Origin: an archaeon
GTDB lineage: Archaea; Nanobdellota; Nanobdellia; Woesearchaeales; GW2011-AR9
Length of the DNA stretch: 62,343 nucleotides
Direction of reading: 5' to 3'
Assembly (NCBI GenBank): GCA_002688265.1
Contig: NZCK01000019.1
Coordinates: 1-62,343 of the forward strand
The notes beneath the pieces are model-generated. The model made no database searches and was not told where the DNA came from. It saw nothing but the letters and a program-made list of their open reading frames with translations. Below are positions 8,491 to 18,343 of the stretch, piece after piece; within the stretch, counting starts at the first letter, position 1; every line of letters starts with the position of its first letter. The translations under genes and the position numbers were made by a program.

Positions 8491-8985
8491 TCAGTTACGA
8501 GAAACTTTTTGTTTTAAACTTTTTCCTAACACAAAACAAGTCTCACCCCACCTATAATGGTTTCTTAAAGTGGCTTCTTTATGATATCCATGTTCTTTAT
8601 AGAAATTTAATTGGGCTTCTGATTCTGCTATGTTTAATTCAATCTTTGCTGTTTTAGATTGCTGATGAACATACTGCTCACATTCTTTTAACAATGCCAA
8701 ACCTGCAGTTTCATTACTAAAAGCGAAGTGGCGAAACTTCCATCTAGTATGGTTTTTATCTACAGACTCTCCTGTTTTGATAATAATAGCTGCTGCAGTA
8801 ACTTGTACTTCATTATTCTCACTAGCTTCTTGAACAACTAAAAATTGATTTTGTCTAGCTTGCAAACTTAAATAATGAGAAATTTTTGGTATCTCTTGAT
8901 GAAATATATCATGTTTAGGATAGAATGCTCTGAATAAAGTAATTAATTGTTTGATATGTTTTGGTTCTGCTCTTGAGATGTGCAT
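8491..8985 (-). CDS. GNAT family N-acetyltransferase
   Basis: 164 aa. Layout typical of GNAT: KQLITLFRAFYP..., the C-terminal NFYKEHGYHKEA matches the FY-x-x-x-GF block, and ETAGLALLKECEQYV lies in the motif A position. Confidence 0.6.
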   Translation of the reverse strand: MHISRAEPKHIKQLITLFRAFYPKHDIFHQEIPKISHYLSLQARQNQFLVVQEASENNEVQVTAAAIIIKTGESVDKNHTRWKFRHFAFSNETAGLALLKECEQYVHQQSKTAKIELNIAESEAQLNFYKEHGYHKEATLRNHYRWGETCFVLGKSLKQKVSRN

Positions 8986-9314
8986 ATAGGATGGTATTTT
9001 TGAGAAGTTAATTAATGTTTTGTAAAACTAAGATAGATAGTCGTTTTTTAATATAATGTTAAAATAACTTTAGTTTGTTTTTACATTAAAATTAGTTGAA
9101 ATTTCTTTAACAATAGTTAAAGATCTACTTGAATTCATTAATTTTAAATAATATCAAATCAAATTTATTTCTTGTTTACTTTAATTTAATTTTTCTTGCA
9201 AAATAAGAAATATCTTTAAAAAATAAAACAGAAGATTTTTGAGATAATTTTATAAACTAAATTCTCCTCTTTAATGTTTTATAATAGTAAATATTTAGTT
9301 GGTGGTGTTGATGA

Positions 9315-9989
9315 ATGGAAGAACATAAAGTTTTAACAGGAATGCTACTCATAGCATTAGTAGTTTCTGTAGTAGGGACAGTAATTACATTAGATAGACT
9401 AGGTGCAGTAGGTGGAGTTGGTTTAACTGGGGCTGCTGGTGGAACAGGTGACTTGAACATTACATCAGACATTACCATAACTTTGCCAGATTCAGCTATT
9501 GATTTTGGAAATGGTAAAGTAGATCCTAGTGTAGGATATGCCACAGTTAATAGTGAAGCAGGAAGTACATCAGGTGGAACTTGGGCTAATGCAACTGATA
9601 ACATTACTGTTAGAAATGATGGGAATGTTGGAGTAAATGTAACAGTTAAATCTAATAAACAAGATGGAAACCATACATCAAACAGTTTCATTTGTCAAAG
9701 TGATGCTGGTGGTTGTGGAGTTGGATATGAAAATGGTGGAGAGTTGACTGCTTTGCAATATAAGTTTCAACCATTAAACCATGAAGCAAGTTCTTGTGGA
9801 GCTAATTTAGCTGGAACAACTTCATTTTCAGTAAAAGATACTGACTATGAGTTTTGTGGTTGTCTGAAAACAGCATCTACTGAAGACGAAATTGCTTTAA
9901 CGTTAAATATAGGAATTCCTGCAGATGCACAAGGACAGAAATCTTCAACTATAACATTTACTTCAGTACAATCTGATGTAGCTTGTTAG
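9315..9989 (+). CDS. Secreted Cys-rich surface protein, paralog 2 of 3
   Basis: Same architecture and conserved blocks as 104-778. The first ~230 nt are nearly identical to paralog 1 at nucleotide level. Terminal Cys. Confidence 0.85.
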   Translation: MEEHKVLTGMLLIALVVSVVGTVITLDRLGAVGGVGLTGAAGGTGDLNITSDITITLPDSAIDFGNGKVDPSVGYATVNSEAGSTSGGTWANATDNITVRNDGNVGVNVTVKSNKQDGNHTSNSFICQSDAGGCGVGYENGGELTALQYKFQPLNHEASSCGANLAGTTSFSVKDTDYEFCGCLKTASTEDEIALTLNIGIPADAQGQKSSTITFTSVQSDVAC

Positions 9990-9995
9990 GTTGAG

Positions 9996-10019
9996 TTTTT
10001 TCTTTTTTTCTTTTTTTTT
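9996..10019. terminator. Oligo-T tract between convergent paralog 2 and the signal peptidase gene
   Basis: T6, T7 and T9 runs right after the stop at 9987-9989. Confidence 0.45.
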
Positions 10020-10024
10020 AAAAC

Positions 10025-10708
10025 CTATCCAATTATATTAATCCCAAATAGATAAAGAAATTCAGCAAATAAAATCTTAATATAACCTAGATAAGGAATT
10101 CTAACTAAAGCTTTACCATAAATCCTATCTATAGTAATATCCTCTTCACCTAAGTTCCCACCAAAACTGTCTTTATTATGGTCACCTTTAGTTTGATAAT
10201 GATATTCTAATTCACCTGTTTCTGCATCTTCAACAGTCCAAATATCAACTACTCTATGGATAATTGGATGAGATTTACTTGATTGAAAAACTAGAATATC
10301 TCCTATTTCAATATTTTCTGTATTGGCTCGCCAGAGCATAATTATATCTCCTTTGTTGAAACCATTATGCATAGGAAAATCTTCGAACTGTTCTTTAGAA
10401 ATATCTATCTCTTCACTAGTGTACCAATAACTACAAACTTCCCACCAACTGTCAAACCCATTTGGAAAATAATCATAATCTTGTCCACAGATTTCTCCTT
10501 GGTGCAGCCCGTGTTCCATACTCTCACTTACAACGGCAACTACTGGGAAAGCAGTACCCAAGACTAAACCCAAAATAGGATAGAAAATGAATTTGATAAT
10601 TACAAATGCAATAATGATATTGGCAATCCAACTCCAAGCAGATTCGTCATGCCATAAAAAATGCCAGACTTTTCTTGCATGTTGTTTGTATTTAGCTGAA
10701 TTTTTCAC
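10025..10708 (-). CDS. Signal peptidase I, archaeal/eukaryotic S26B (Sec11/SipW-like) type, with a large insert
   Basis: N-terminal TM, then the Ser box VVSESMEHG, GDIIMLWR, the His box PIIHRVV and TKGDHN. About 50 extra residues lie between the Ser box and the GDI box. GTG start inferred. Confidence 0.85.
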   Translation of the reverse strand: MKNSAKYKQHARKVWHFLWHDESAWSWIANIIIAFVIIKFIFYPILGLVLGTAFPVVAVVSESMEHGLHQGEICGQDYDYFPNGFDSWWEVCSYWYTSEEIDISKEQFEDFPMHNGFNKGDIIMLWRANTENIEIGDILVFQSSKSHPIIHRVVDIWTVEDAETGELEYHYQTKGDHNKDSFGGNLGEEDITIDRIYGKALVRIPYLGYIKILFAEFLYLFGINIIG

Positions 10709-10732
10709 AAGTTATAGGTTGTAAGCTCAGCT

Positions 10733-10746
10733 TAAAAAGCTTTTTA
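10733..10746. promoter_or_regulatory. Perfect 14-bp palindrome TAAAAAGCTTTTTA in a 63-bp divergent spacer (probable shared TATA/BRE region)
   Basis: Lies about 25-35 nt from both the GTG at 10708 (minus) and the ATG at 10772 (plus). Read either way it gives a CTTTTTA(T/A)A TATA-like box. Confidence 0.45.
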
Positions 10747-10771
10747 TAACGTGAAGTGCTTTATTCAGTTA

Positions 10772-11659
10772 ATGCAAAATCCAAAAACGATTTTTTTAAA
10801 AGCAATCCTTTCAAAAAAAGAGCTTGCTTCTGTTGATTTGAACTATGCAAAGTATGAATTGGAAGCATTTTTAGTTAGAGATTCAAAGGCTAAGAAATAT
10901 TTGGAATCAGGAAAAATAAGTGAACGTTCAAAAGAATTTAAACAGATAGTAAAGGCAGTTAGATCTGTTCTTCGAAGAGCCCACTCGCTTTTTGAAGTAG
11001 GTGATCGAAGTGAAGAATATCTGCGTTTCCATGAAGAGATAGGAGAAGTTAAGACTTGGAAAAAATTAGTGGAGTTAAGTGAGGCTGTTCTTGCTTCTCA
11101 TGCATCTAGTAATGAGCGAAAAGAAGATTACAAAGAATTGTACACTTGGCTTGCTAAAAAAGTTAAGCCATTAAACTCAATAATTGATTTGGGTTGTGGT
11201 TTGCATCCGTTTTCTGTTGTTTTTTTAGGAAAGAAAAAATTGAAAGGGATGAATTACCTAGCTTTTGATATCAACAACTCTGAAAAAGACCTGTTAGATT
11301 TGTTTTTTGACAAAACTGCTGGTTTTTTTGAAGGATTTTATGGCAAAGCTGATGTGATGAATTTAAGAAACAAGCAATCACAGAAACGTTTGAAATCTCT
11401 AGATAATTGTGATTTAGCTTTTATGCTAAAACTAACAGACCATTTGGATCGGGGTCAAGGGCATAAGGCAACAGAAGAAATATTAGTCTCTCTGAATTCT
11501 AAGTATGTGTTATTATCTTTTCCAACTATAACAAGAAGTGGTGCACCTATGAGGTTTCCAAAACGCAAATGGGTGAAATATCTATGTAATCGTTTAAATT
11601 ATGGAATTGAAATCTTTGAAACAAAAAATGAGTTGTTTTATTTGATTAATAAATGTTGA
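10772..11659 (+). CDS. FmrO/ArmA/Rmt-like 16S rRNA (guanine-N7) methyltransferase homolog
   Basis: Blocks align with ArmA as I recall it: HASSNERKEDYKELY vs HSSTNERVATLNDFY, SIIDLGCGLHPFS vs SILDFGCGFNPLA, AFDIN vs AYDID, DLAFMLKL vs DVVFLLKM, LLSFPTITRSG vs VISFPIKSLSG, NELFYLI vs NELVYI. Start trimmed from GTG 10751 to ATG 10772. Confidence 0.65.
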   Translation: MQNPKTIFLKAILSKKELASVDLNYAKYELEAFLVRDSKAKKYLESGKISERSKEFKQIVKAVRSVLRRAHSLFEVGDRSEEYLRFHEEIGEVKTWKKLVELSEAVLASHASSNERKEDYKELYTWLAKKVKPLNSIIDLGCGLHPFSVVFLGKKKLKGMNYLAFDINNSEKDLLDLFFDKTAGFFEGFYGKADVMNLRNKQSQKRLKSLDNCDLAFMLKLTDHLDRGQGHKATEEILVSLNSKYVLLSFPTITRSGAPMRFPKRKWVKYLCNRLNYGIEIFETKNELFYLINKC

Positions 11660-11665
11660 TAAAAA

Positions 11666-12763
11666 TTAAAGGTTTTTCTCTCTATTACCAACACCAACTG
11701 CCTCAGAAATATTCTTGTAACCGTCTCTTCTAAGAAGTTTAACTAGTCCTTTATTGGTTCTCTTCATCATAGATGGGCCTTCATAAATCATCCCAGTAAT
11801 AAGTTGAATCAATGAAGCACCAGCTTTGATTTTCTCATAAGCATCTTCAGCTGTAAACACCCCTCCACATCCAATTATGGTATACTTGCCTTGAGTTTTT
11901 TTGTAGACATGAGAAATCATTTCATTAGAAGCTTTAACAGTCAGCTTTCCACTAATTCCACCTTTGCCTACTTTAGCAAATTCTTTTTCTGGAACATTTA
12001 ATTCTTCTCTATTTTTAACTAAATTGCCAATTATGAACCCACTGATTTTGTGTTTATCTGCAACTTCAATCAATTCATCTATTTGTTCAAGTGATAACTC
12101 TGGTGAAACTTTAATGTATCTTGGCTTTTGATAATCAACAGTATCTAATTTAGTAAGTAATTTATCTAAGCGTTCTTTAGAGGTAAACGGCTCTCCACCA
12201 TAAGCATTTGGACAACTAATATTAATTGCAATGTAGTCTGCATATTTCTTTAAAATAATGAACGATTCATAATAATCCTTAATTGCTACATCAACATCAG
12301 CAGTTTCTTTACAATTAGTTTTTGCAATACTGATTCCTAAAGGAAAAGAAAATTTTAACTTTTGAAGCTTGCTGGCAATTTCATGGGCACCACCATTTTT
12401 TAAGCCATAATAAACAACTAGTGATTTTTGTTTAGGTAATCTCCAAAGCCTAGGTTTGGGATTACCAGAGCAAGGAAGAGCAGTAACTGATCCAATTTCT
12501 TCAAAACCAAAATTCATTGAAGGTAACACCTGAGTTAAGTGTGCATCTTTATCGAATCCAGCAGCTAAACCAATTGGATTTTGGTATTTAATGCCATCTA
12601 CTGTTTGAACCAAAGCTGAGTGTTTGTAGTTGTAAAAAACTGATAGTAAATATTTGATTGGTCCTATCTTTCCTGCGATCTTCCCTGCATAAGTTGCTAT
12701 ATCATGGATCTTTTCTGGATCTATCAAAAAGAGAATAGGCCGAAGTATATTTTTGTAAATCAT
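11666..12763 (-). CDS. pyrD: Dihydroorotate dehydrogenase (class 2-like)
   Basis: NPIGLAAGFDKDA, GFEEIGSVT, GNPKPRLWRL, INISCPNA and GGISG blocks. Confidence 0.9.
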   Translation of the reverse strand: MIYKNILRPILFLIDPEKIHDIATYAGKIAGKIGPIKYLLSVFYNYKHSALVQTVDGIKYQNPIGLAAGFDKDAHLTQVLPSMNFGFEEIGSVTALPCSGNPKPRLWRLPKQKSLVVYYGLKNGGAHEIASKLQKLKFSFPLGISIAKTNCKETADVDVAIKDYYESFIILKKYADYIAINISCPNAYGGEPFTSKERLDKLLTKLDTVDYQKPRYIKVSPELSLEQIDELIEVADKHKISGFIIGNLVKNREELNVPEKEFAKVGKGGISGKLTVKASNEMISHVYKKTQGKYTIIGCGGVFTAEDAYEKIKAGASLIQLITGMIYEGPSMMKRTNKGLVKLLRRDGYKNISEAVGVGNREKNL

Positions 12764-12835
12764 TATATTAAGTTGAAAAATTACTGTTATTAATGCTTTT
12801 CTATTTTAGAAATTATCTTCTCAGATCAATAAAAA

Positions 12836-13573
12836 TTACCTGATATGCACAGTAGTGAAATAATTCTTTAAAATATTTTTAGCTTCTTGTAGTTTTTTGT
12901 TGTTTGGTTCACCTATATTTTCATAAGCATAGTCTATTTTTAATTGCTTATATTTTTCAATACCTGAACGGCGGTAAGGAAGAATTTCTACTCTTTGAAT
13001 GTAAGAATAATCTTTAAATTTCTCTCCAATCAGCTTGATGTCTTCTTTGTTATCAGTGTAACTTGGCATTAGAACGTATCTTAACCAAATTGATTTTTTC
13101 TTTTGTTCACAATAATCTAAAAAGTTTTGGAAATTTTGATAACTTCCTTTAGTTATTTTTTGGTATTTTTTTTTGTCTGCGTGTTTGATATCCAGCAAAA
13201 CCAAATCAACATAATTTAGAAGTTCTCTTACTGAATCATTTAGAATTGATCCTGCTGTATCAATGGTAATATGGTAACCTTGATTTTTTAATTCTTGACA
13301 AATTGGAATAAGTGATTTTGCTTGTAGAAGTGGTTCTCCTCCAGAGAAAGTGATCCCTCCTTCCTTTGAGAAGTAAGGTTTTTGTTTTTCTAAGAGTTTT
13401 TGAATTTCAGTTAAAGTAATTATTTGATTTTTTTTAATTTCTTGAGTATCTGGGTTATGACAGTAAATACATTTTAGGGGGCAACCTTGTAGGAATAGAA
13501 CTAGTCTGATGCCTGGTCCTTCATGGGTGCCAAAAGTTTCAATGGAATGGATGTTGAGAGTTGGTTCTTGCAT
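12836..13573 (-). CDS. pflA: Pyruvate formate-lyase activating enzyme (radical SAM)
   Basis: GPGIRLVLFLQGCPLKCIYCHNPDT (CxxxCxxC) and GGITFSGGEPLLQ. Confidence 0.9.
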   Translation of the reverse strand: MQEPTLNIHSIETFGTHEGPGIRLVLFLQGCPLKCIYCHNPDTQEIKKNQIITLTEIQKLLEKQKPYFSKEGGITFSGGEPLLQAKSLIPICQELKNQGYHITIDTAGSILNDSVRELLNYVDLVLLDIKHADKKKYQKITKGSYQNFQNFLDYCEQKKKSIWLRYVLMPSYTDNKEDIKLIGEKFKDYSYIQRVEILPYRRSGIEKYKQLKIDYAYENIGEPNNKKLQEAKNILKNYFTTVHIR

Positions 13574-13773
13574 AGTAAAAGAAAAATTGGATGTTATTTA
13601 TTAGATCTTTGGCTCTTTGAATCAGAACAGAAACAAGTAGGTTAATAGTTATATTTGATTATATATAATTAGAGATAAGTATATTAATAACTGCCTCACT
13701 TATGTTATGTATCTATTCAATAATTTGAAAAAAGTTAAACATATTGACTTTTTATTTAATATGAATAAAATTT

Positions 13774-13779
13774 GAGGAG
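13774..13779 (+). promoter_or_regulatory. Shine-Dalgarno-like GAGGAG 11 nt before the glnA ATG
   Basis: tttGAGGAGtggatgggaagATG. This supports 13791 rather than GTG 13779 as the start. Confidence 0.5.
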
Positions 13780-13790
13780 TGGATGGGAAG

Positions 13791-15149
13791 ATGAGTTTAG
13801 TTCAAGAAAATGGTGTTTTTAAGGAGATTCTCGAAAGAATAGAAAGAGACAATGTTAAATTTATTCAATTACAATTTACTGATTTACATGGGATGATAAA
13901 ATCTGTTACAATTCTAAAAGAAAATGTTATTGAAAGCTTAACTAAAGGTACTTGGTTTGATGGAAGTTCTGTTGAAGGTTTTACAAGAATTAGTGAAAGT
14001 GATATGTATCTAAAACCAGACCCTAACACATACGCTGTTTTGCCCTGGGCAAGTCCAACAGGAGTTACAGCAAGATTTATTTGTGATGTTTACACGCCGA
14101 ATGGTAATCCTTTTGAAGGTGATCCTCGTTATATTTTAAAGAAAGTTTTGAGGGAAGCAGAAGAATTAGGACTTGAATTTAATGTTGGACCAGAATTAGA
14201 ATTTTTCTTATTCAAACGTTCAGAGTCAGGAAAGGTAGTTCCAAAAGCACACGATGCTGTTGGCTACTTTGATTTCTCTCCAGGGGATCTTGCAAAAGAA
14301 GTTAGAAAAGAAATAGTTCTTGCTTTAGAATTTTTAGGAATAGATATAGAAGCTTTGCATCATGAAGTTGCGCCAAGTCAACACGAAATTAATTTTAAGT
14401 ATGGACCAGCATTATTGACTGCAGATCGAGCATTAACATTCAAATATGTAGTAAAAACTATTGCACATAAGCACGGTTTACATGCAACTTTTATGCCAAA
14501 ACCAATGTTTGGAGAAAATGGAAGTGGAATGCACGTTAATCAAAGCCTTTTTGATAAACAAACAAAAAGAAATTTATTTTTTGATCTTGATGGTGAATAT
14601 AAACTAAGCAAGATTGCTCAGCATTTTGTAGCAGGGCAATTAGCTCATGCAAAAGGATTTTGTGCAGTTGTGGCTCCAACAGTAAATTCTTACAAACGTT
14701 TAGTGCCAGGATATGAAGCACCAGTATATATTAGCTGGGCAGGGTTTAACCGTTCAGCATTGATTAGAATTCCACGTTACTCTCCTGGTCGAGAAAAATC
14801 AACTAGAATTGAACTTCGTTGTCCCGATCCTAGTTCTAATCCTTACTTGGCATTTGCAGTTATGCTCAAAGCAGGATTAGATGGTATAAAGAGAAAACTA
14901 GAACCACCAAGACCAATTGAAGAAGATCTTTTCAAGTTAAGTTCTTCAGAGCGAGAGCGAAGAGGAATCGCAACACTGCCAGGTTCACTAGGTGAAGCAA
15001 TTAATGAATTAAAGAAAGACTCAGTGGTTAAAGAAGCATTGGGATCTCATGCTTTTTCATTGTACCTTAAAGCAAAACAATTAGAATGGGATAGCTACCG
15101 AATGCAAGTAACTCCTTGGGAGATAGAGATGTATCTTAAGAGAATGTGA
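13791..15149 (+). CDS. glnA: Glutamine synthetase type I
   Basis: FTDLHGMIKSV, FMPKPMFGENGSGMHVNQSLF and NSYKRLVPGYEAP blocks. Confidence 0.95.
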   Translation: MSLVQENGVFKEILERIERDNVKFIQLQFTDLHGMIKSVTILKENVIESLTKGTWFDGSSVEGFTRISESDMYLKPDPNTYAVLPWASPTGVTARFICDVYTPNGNPFEGDPRYILKKVLREAEELGLEFNVGPELEFFLFKRSESGKVVPKAHDAVGYFDFSPGDLAKEVRKEIVLALEFLGIDIEALHHEVAPSQHEINFKYGPALLTADRALTFKYVVKTIAHKHGLHATFMPKPMFGENGSGMHVNQSLFDKQTKRNLFFDLDGEYKLSKIAQHFVAGQLAHAKGFCAVVAPTVNSYKRLVPGYEAPVYISWAGFNRSALIRIPRYSPGREKSTRIELRCPDPSSNPYLAFAVMLKAGLDGIKRKLEPPRPIEEDLFKLSSSERERRGIATLPGSLGEAINELKKDSVVKEALGSHAFSLYLKAKQLEWDSYRMQVTPWEIEMYLKRM

Positions 15150-15171
15150 TAGTTGGAAGAATAAATTGAAT

Positions 15172-17379
15172 TTATATTTTTTCATGGAATGTCCTTGCCA
15201 ATACTTCCTCTTGTTGCTCACGAGAAAGTTTGATAAAGTTTACAGCGTAACCAGAAATCCTAATAGTTAACTGAGGATATTTTTCTGGATATACCATTGC
15301 ATCCTTTAATGTTTCACGATCTAGGACGTTGACATTCAAATGGTGGGCGCCTTTTGAAAAGTATCCATCAAGCAGAGAAACTAAATTGTTCATTTTTTCT
15401 TCTTCAGTTGCACCTAAAGAACTTGGAACGAAACTAAAAGTATTGGAAATTCCATCGTGAGCGAATTTGTATGGTAGCTTGGCAACAGAATTTAGTGATG
15501 CAATCGCACCATGAGTGTCTCTTCCATGCATAGGGTTGGCTCCAGGAGCAAATGCTTCGCCTTGTTTTCTTCCATCTGGTGTGGCTCCAGTCTTCTTCCC
15601 ATACAAAACGTTGGAAGTGATTGTCAAAACAGAAAGGGTAGGAATGGCATTTTTGTATAATTGGTGTTTTTCCAATTCTTTTTGAAATCCAGTAATTAAC
15701 TCTTGGGCAATACTATCCACCTTATCATCGTCGTTCCCAAATTTTGGAAACTCTCCTTCTATCATAAAGCCAGTAGAAATTCCTTTCTCAGTTCTTTTTG
15801 CTGTAACTTTTGCAAATTTAATAGCTGAAAATGAGTCTGCAACAACTGAAAGGCCTGCAATACCAAAAGCCATGTTTCTAATGGGATAGGTATCAATTAA
15901 GGCCATTTGAAGTCTCTCATAATAATATTTATCATGCATATAATGAATTACATTCATGGTGTCAACGTAATCTTTAGCAATTTCTTTTACACACTTGTTG
16001 TAATTTTCTTTTACTTGTTTGAGATCTAAGGGTTGATTAATAGGAATTTGAGGAATACCAGAGATTACCAATTCGCCAGTCACTTCATCCCTTCCACCAT
16101 TTATTGCCATAAGAATGGCTTTTCCAATATTACATCTTGCTCCAAAAAATTGCATGGTTTTACCTAATTCCATGTGCGAAACACAGCAACTAATTCCATA
16201 ATCGTCTGTGTTGAATTCTTCACGCATCAAATCATCATTTTCAAATTGGATACTCGAAGTGTCAATTGAAACTTTAGCTGCAAATTTTTTGAAATTTTCA
16301 GGTAAATCCTTTGACCATAAAATTGTTAGGTTTGGTTCAGGTGATGGACCTAGGTTGTAAAGAGTTTGCAAAAATCGATATGCAGTTTTTGTGATTTTGT
16401 GTTTGCCTTCTAAACTGCAACCGCCAATTGCTTCGGTAACCCAAGTTGGGTCTCCTGCGAAAATGTCATTGTACTCTTTTGGTCTTAAGTGCCTTACTAA
16501 CCTTAACTTGATTACGAATTGATCAATTAATTCTTGAGCAGTATTTTCTGTTAAAGTGTTGTTTTTCAGATCATGTTCAATGAATATATCAAAAAAAGCG
16601 CTAACACTTCCTAAACTCATTGCTGCCCCATCATGCTCTTTTACTGCCGCAAGATATGCAAAGTAAGTCCATTGAATTACTTCTTTGCTGTTATTTGCTG
16701 GTTTTGCAATATCAAAACCATAACGCTTGGCAAGATCTCTTAATTCTTTTAGTGCTCCAATCTGCAGAGTTATTTCTTCACGAAGGCGTATTGTATTGTC
16801 GTTTGAATTATTTGAGGAGTTATTGTAATCTTTTTGCTTCTCTTCAATTAGTTTGTTTACACCAAAAAGTGCAATCCTTCGGTAATCTCCAATAATTCTT
16901 CCTCTGGCATAATTATCAGGAAGACCAGTAATCACTCCTAATTTTCTTAGTTGACGCATTTTTTTGGTATAAGCATGAAAGACACCATCATTATGAGAAG
17001 TACAATATTTTCTGAATATATTAGAAATTTTTGGGTCAAGAGTGTAACCATGCTGCTCACAAGCTTTTTCAGTAACTCTAATTCCTCCGTGAGGTTTTAC
17101 TGCTCTTTTTAACGGTTGATCTGTTTGCAAACCAACAATAATCTCTGTATTTTTATTGTTAGGGTCAATGTAACCAGCTTCGTGACTGTTGATTCGAGAG
17201 ATAGTTTTGATGTCAAGATCTAGAAGCCCACCTTTATTGAATTCTTTTTGGAGCAGATCTTTACAAATGTTCCAGATATGTTTAGTTCTTTCTGTTGGCT
17301 CTGTTAGGAAACTAGAGTCACCATTGTATGCGATGTAATTGTCTCTTACAAATTTAGCTATATTAATTTTATGATCCAT
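15172..17379 (-). CDS. pflB: Pyruvate formate-lyase (formate C-acetyltransferase), glycyl radical enzyme
   Basis: Active-site GISCCVS, glycyl-radical motif [11 protein letters not shown] near the C-terminus, 735 aa. Confidence 0.92.
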   Translation of the reverse strand: MDHKINIAKFVRDNYIAYNGDSSFLTEPTERTKHIWNICKDLLQKEFNKGGLLDLDIKTISRINSHEAGYIDPNNKNTEIIVGLQTDQPLKRAVKPHGGIRVTEKACEQHGYTLDPKISNIFRKYCTSHNDGVFHAYTKKMRQLRKLGVITGLPDNYARGRIIGDYRRIALFGVNKLIEEKQKDYNNSSNNSNDNTIRLREEITLQIGALKELRDLAKRYGFDIAKPANNSKEVIQWTYFAYLAAVKEHDGAAMSLGSVSAFFDIFIEHDLKNNTLTENTAQELIDQFVIKLRLVRHLRPKEYNDIFAGDPTWVTEAIGGCSLEGKHKITKTAYRFLQTLYNLGPSPEPNLTILWSKDLPENFKKFAAKVSIDTSSIQFENDDLMREEFNTDDYGISCCVSHMELGKTMQFFGARCNIGKAILMAINGGRDEVTGELVISGIPQIPINQPLDLKQVKENYNKCVKEIAKDYVDTMNVIHYMHDKYYYERLQMALIDTYPIRNMAFGIAGLSVVADSFSAIKFAKVTAKRTEKGISTGFMIEGEFPKFGNDDDKVDSIAQELITGFQKELEKHQLYKNAIPTLSVLTITSNVLYGKKTGATPDGRKQGEAFAPGANPMHGRDTHGAIASLNSVAKLPYKFAHDGISNTFSFVPSSLGATEEEKMNNLVSLLDGYFSKGAHHLNVNVLDRETLKDAMVYPEKYPQLTIRISGYAVNFIKLSREQQEEVLARTFHEKI

Positions 17380-17537
17380 TTTTGTTATAAATAAAAAGTT
17401 AAAATAAGGTATATAAGAATTGTGGATTATCTATCGTGAATATTGTTTTATTGTTAAAATAAAGAAGAAAAAAAGTACAATAAATAAAAAATTAAATTAC
17501 ACTTTTGGCACTATAGTTTTATGATACTTATTTAAAA

Positions 17538-18233
17538 CTAATTTATGGTAAAAGTTACAGCACCGGCCATTGCAGCATAGCTACCTAAAATCATAAGTTT
17601 GACTAATTCAGCATTATATCCAGTAATTCCTCCAAATAACCACAAAGCAAAAAATTCAATTATAACACTAATTAAATATAAAGTTAAAAGTTTTCGATAT
17701 ACTATAGACATCCCTTCTTTTTTGATAAAATCATACTCTGTTTTGTAAATTAATAATCCAGAGACAATAAAAATGAAGACTAAGATTCCTAATATATTAG
17801 TCCAAGGTAATTCTGTGGCTAATGTTTCATAACTTAAAAGACTTTTTCCAAGACCAACTCCTAAAAATGCACCTGCGGTTCCTCGGATTAATTCAAGCAT
17901 GTGTTTACGTTTGAAGGTAAACTTTCCAAATTGAAATAATTGGGATTCAATTCTTTTTTCTTCTTTTTTGATTTCTTGTTGTTTTTTCAAATTAATTCTT
18001 TCTTCTTTATCCACTTTTTTCTCAAGTTTTTTGAGACTTTTAAGTTCATCTTCAATATGTTCTTCAACACCTAAAACTTTTTTTAGTTCAGAATCTAACT
18101 GTTTTGTAGTTACTCTTGTTTTAGTTGATCTAGTCTTTTTGTTTACTGATGACTTCTTAGAAACAGATTTTCCTTTTTTAGAGTTCTTGGAACTAGTCTT
18201 GTTTTTAGCTTTTTTTTTCTTGATAGTAATCAT
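17538..18233 (-). CDS. Membrane protein with lysine-rich coiled N-terminal half (possibly DUF2391-like)
   Basis: K/S/E-rich first ~110 aa, then 4 hydrophobic helices ([64 protein letters not shown]). Start trimmed to ATG 18233. Confidence 0.55.
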
Positions 18234-18306
18234 CCTAATTACTAAAGACAATTTTAGGCTTTTTATAATTTACTAAATTTTGTATTTTAGAATGATTTTG
18301 ATATTA

Positions 18307-18337
18307 AAGAAAAAAAAATAAAGAAAAAAGAAAAAAA
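18307..18337 (-). terminator. Oligo-T tract (minus strand) after paralog 3
   Basis: A9, A6 and A7 runs on the plus strand directly after the stop at 18344-18346. Confidence 0.45.
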
Positions 18338-18343
18338 TCTAAC

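Noticed and set aside
9257-9691. 144-aa minus-strand ORF antisense to surface-protein paralog 2, and the similar ORF 18879-19088 antisense to paralog 3
   Set aside because: These are shadow ORFs of strongly supported genes. The Pro/Thr/Val-rich translation is typical of the antisense frame of Gly/Thr/Val-rich coding sequence.
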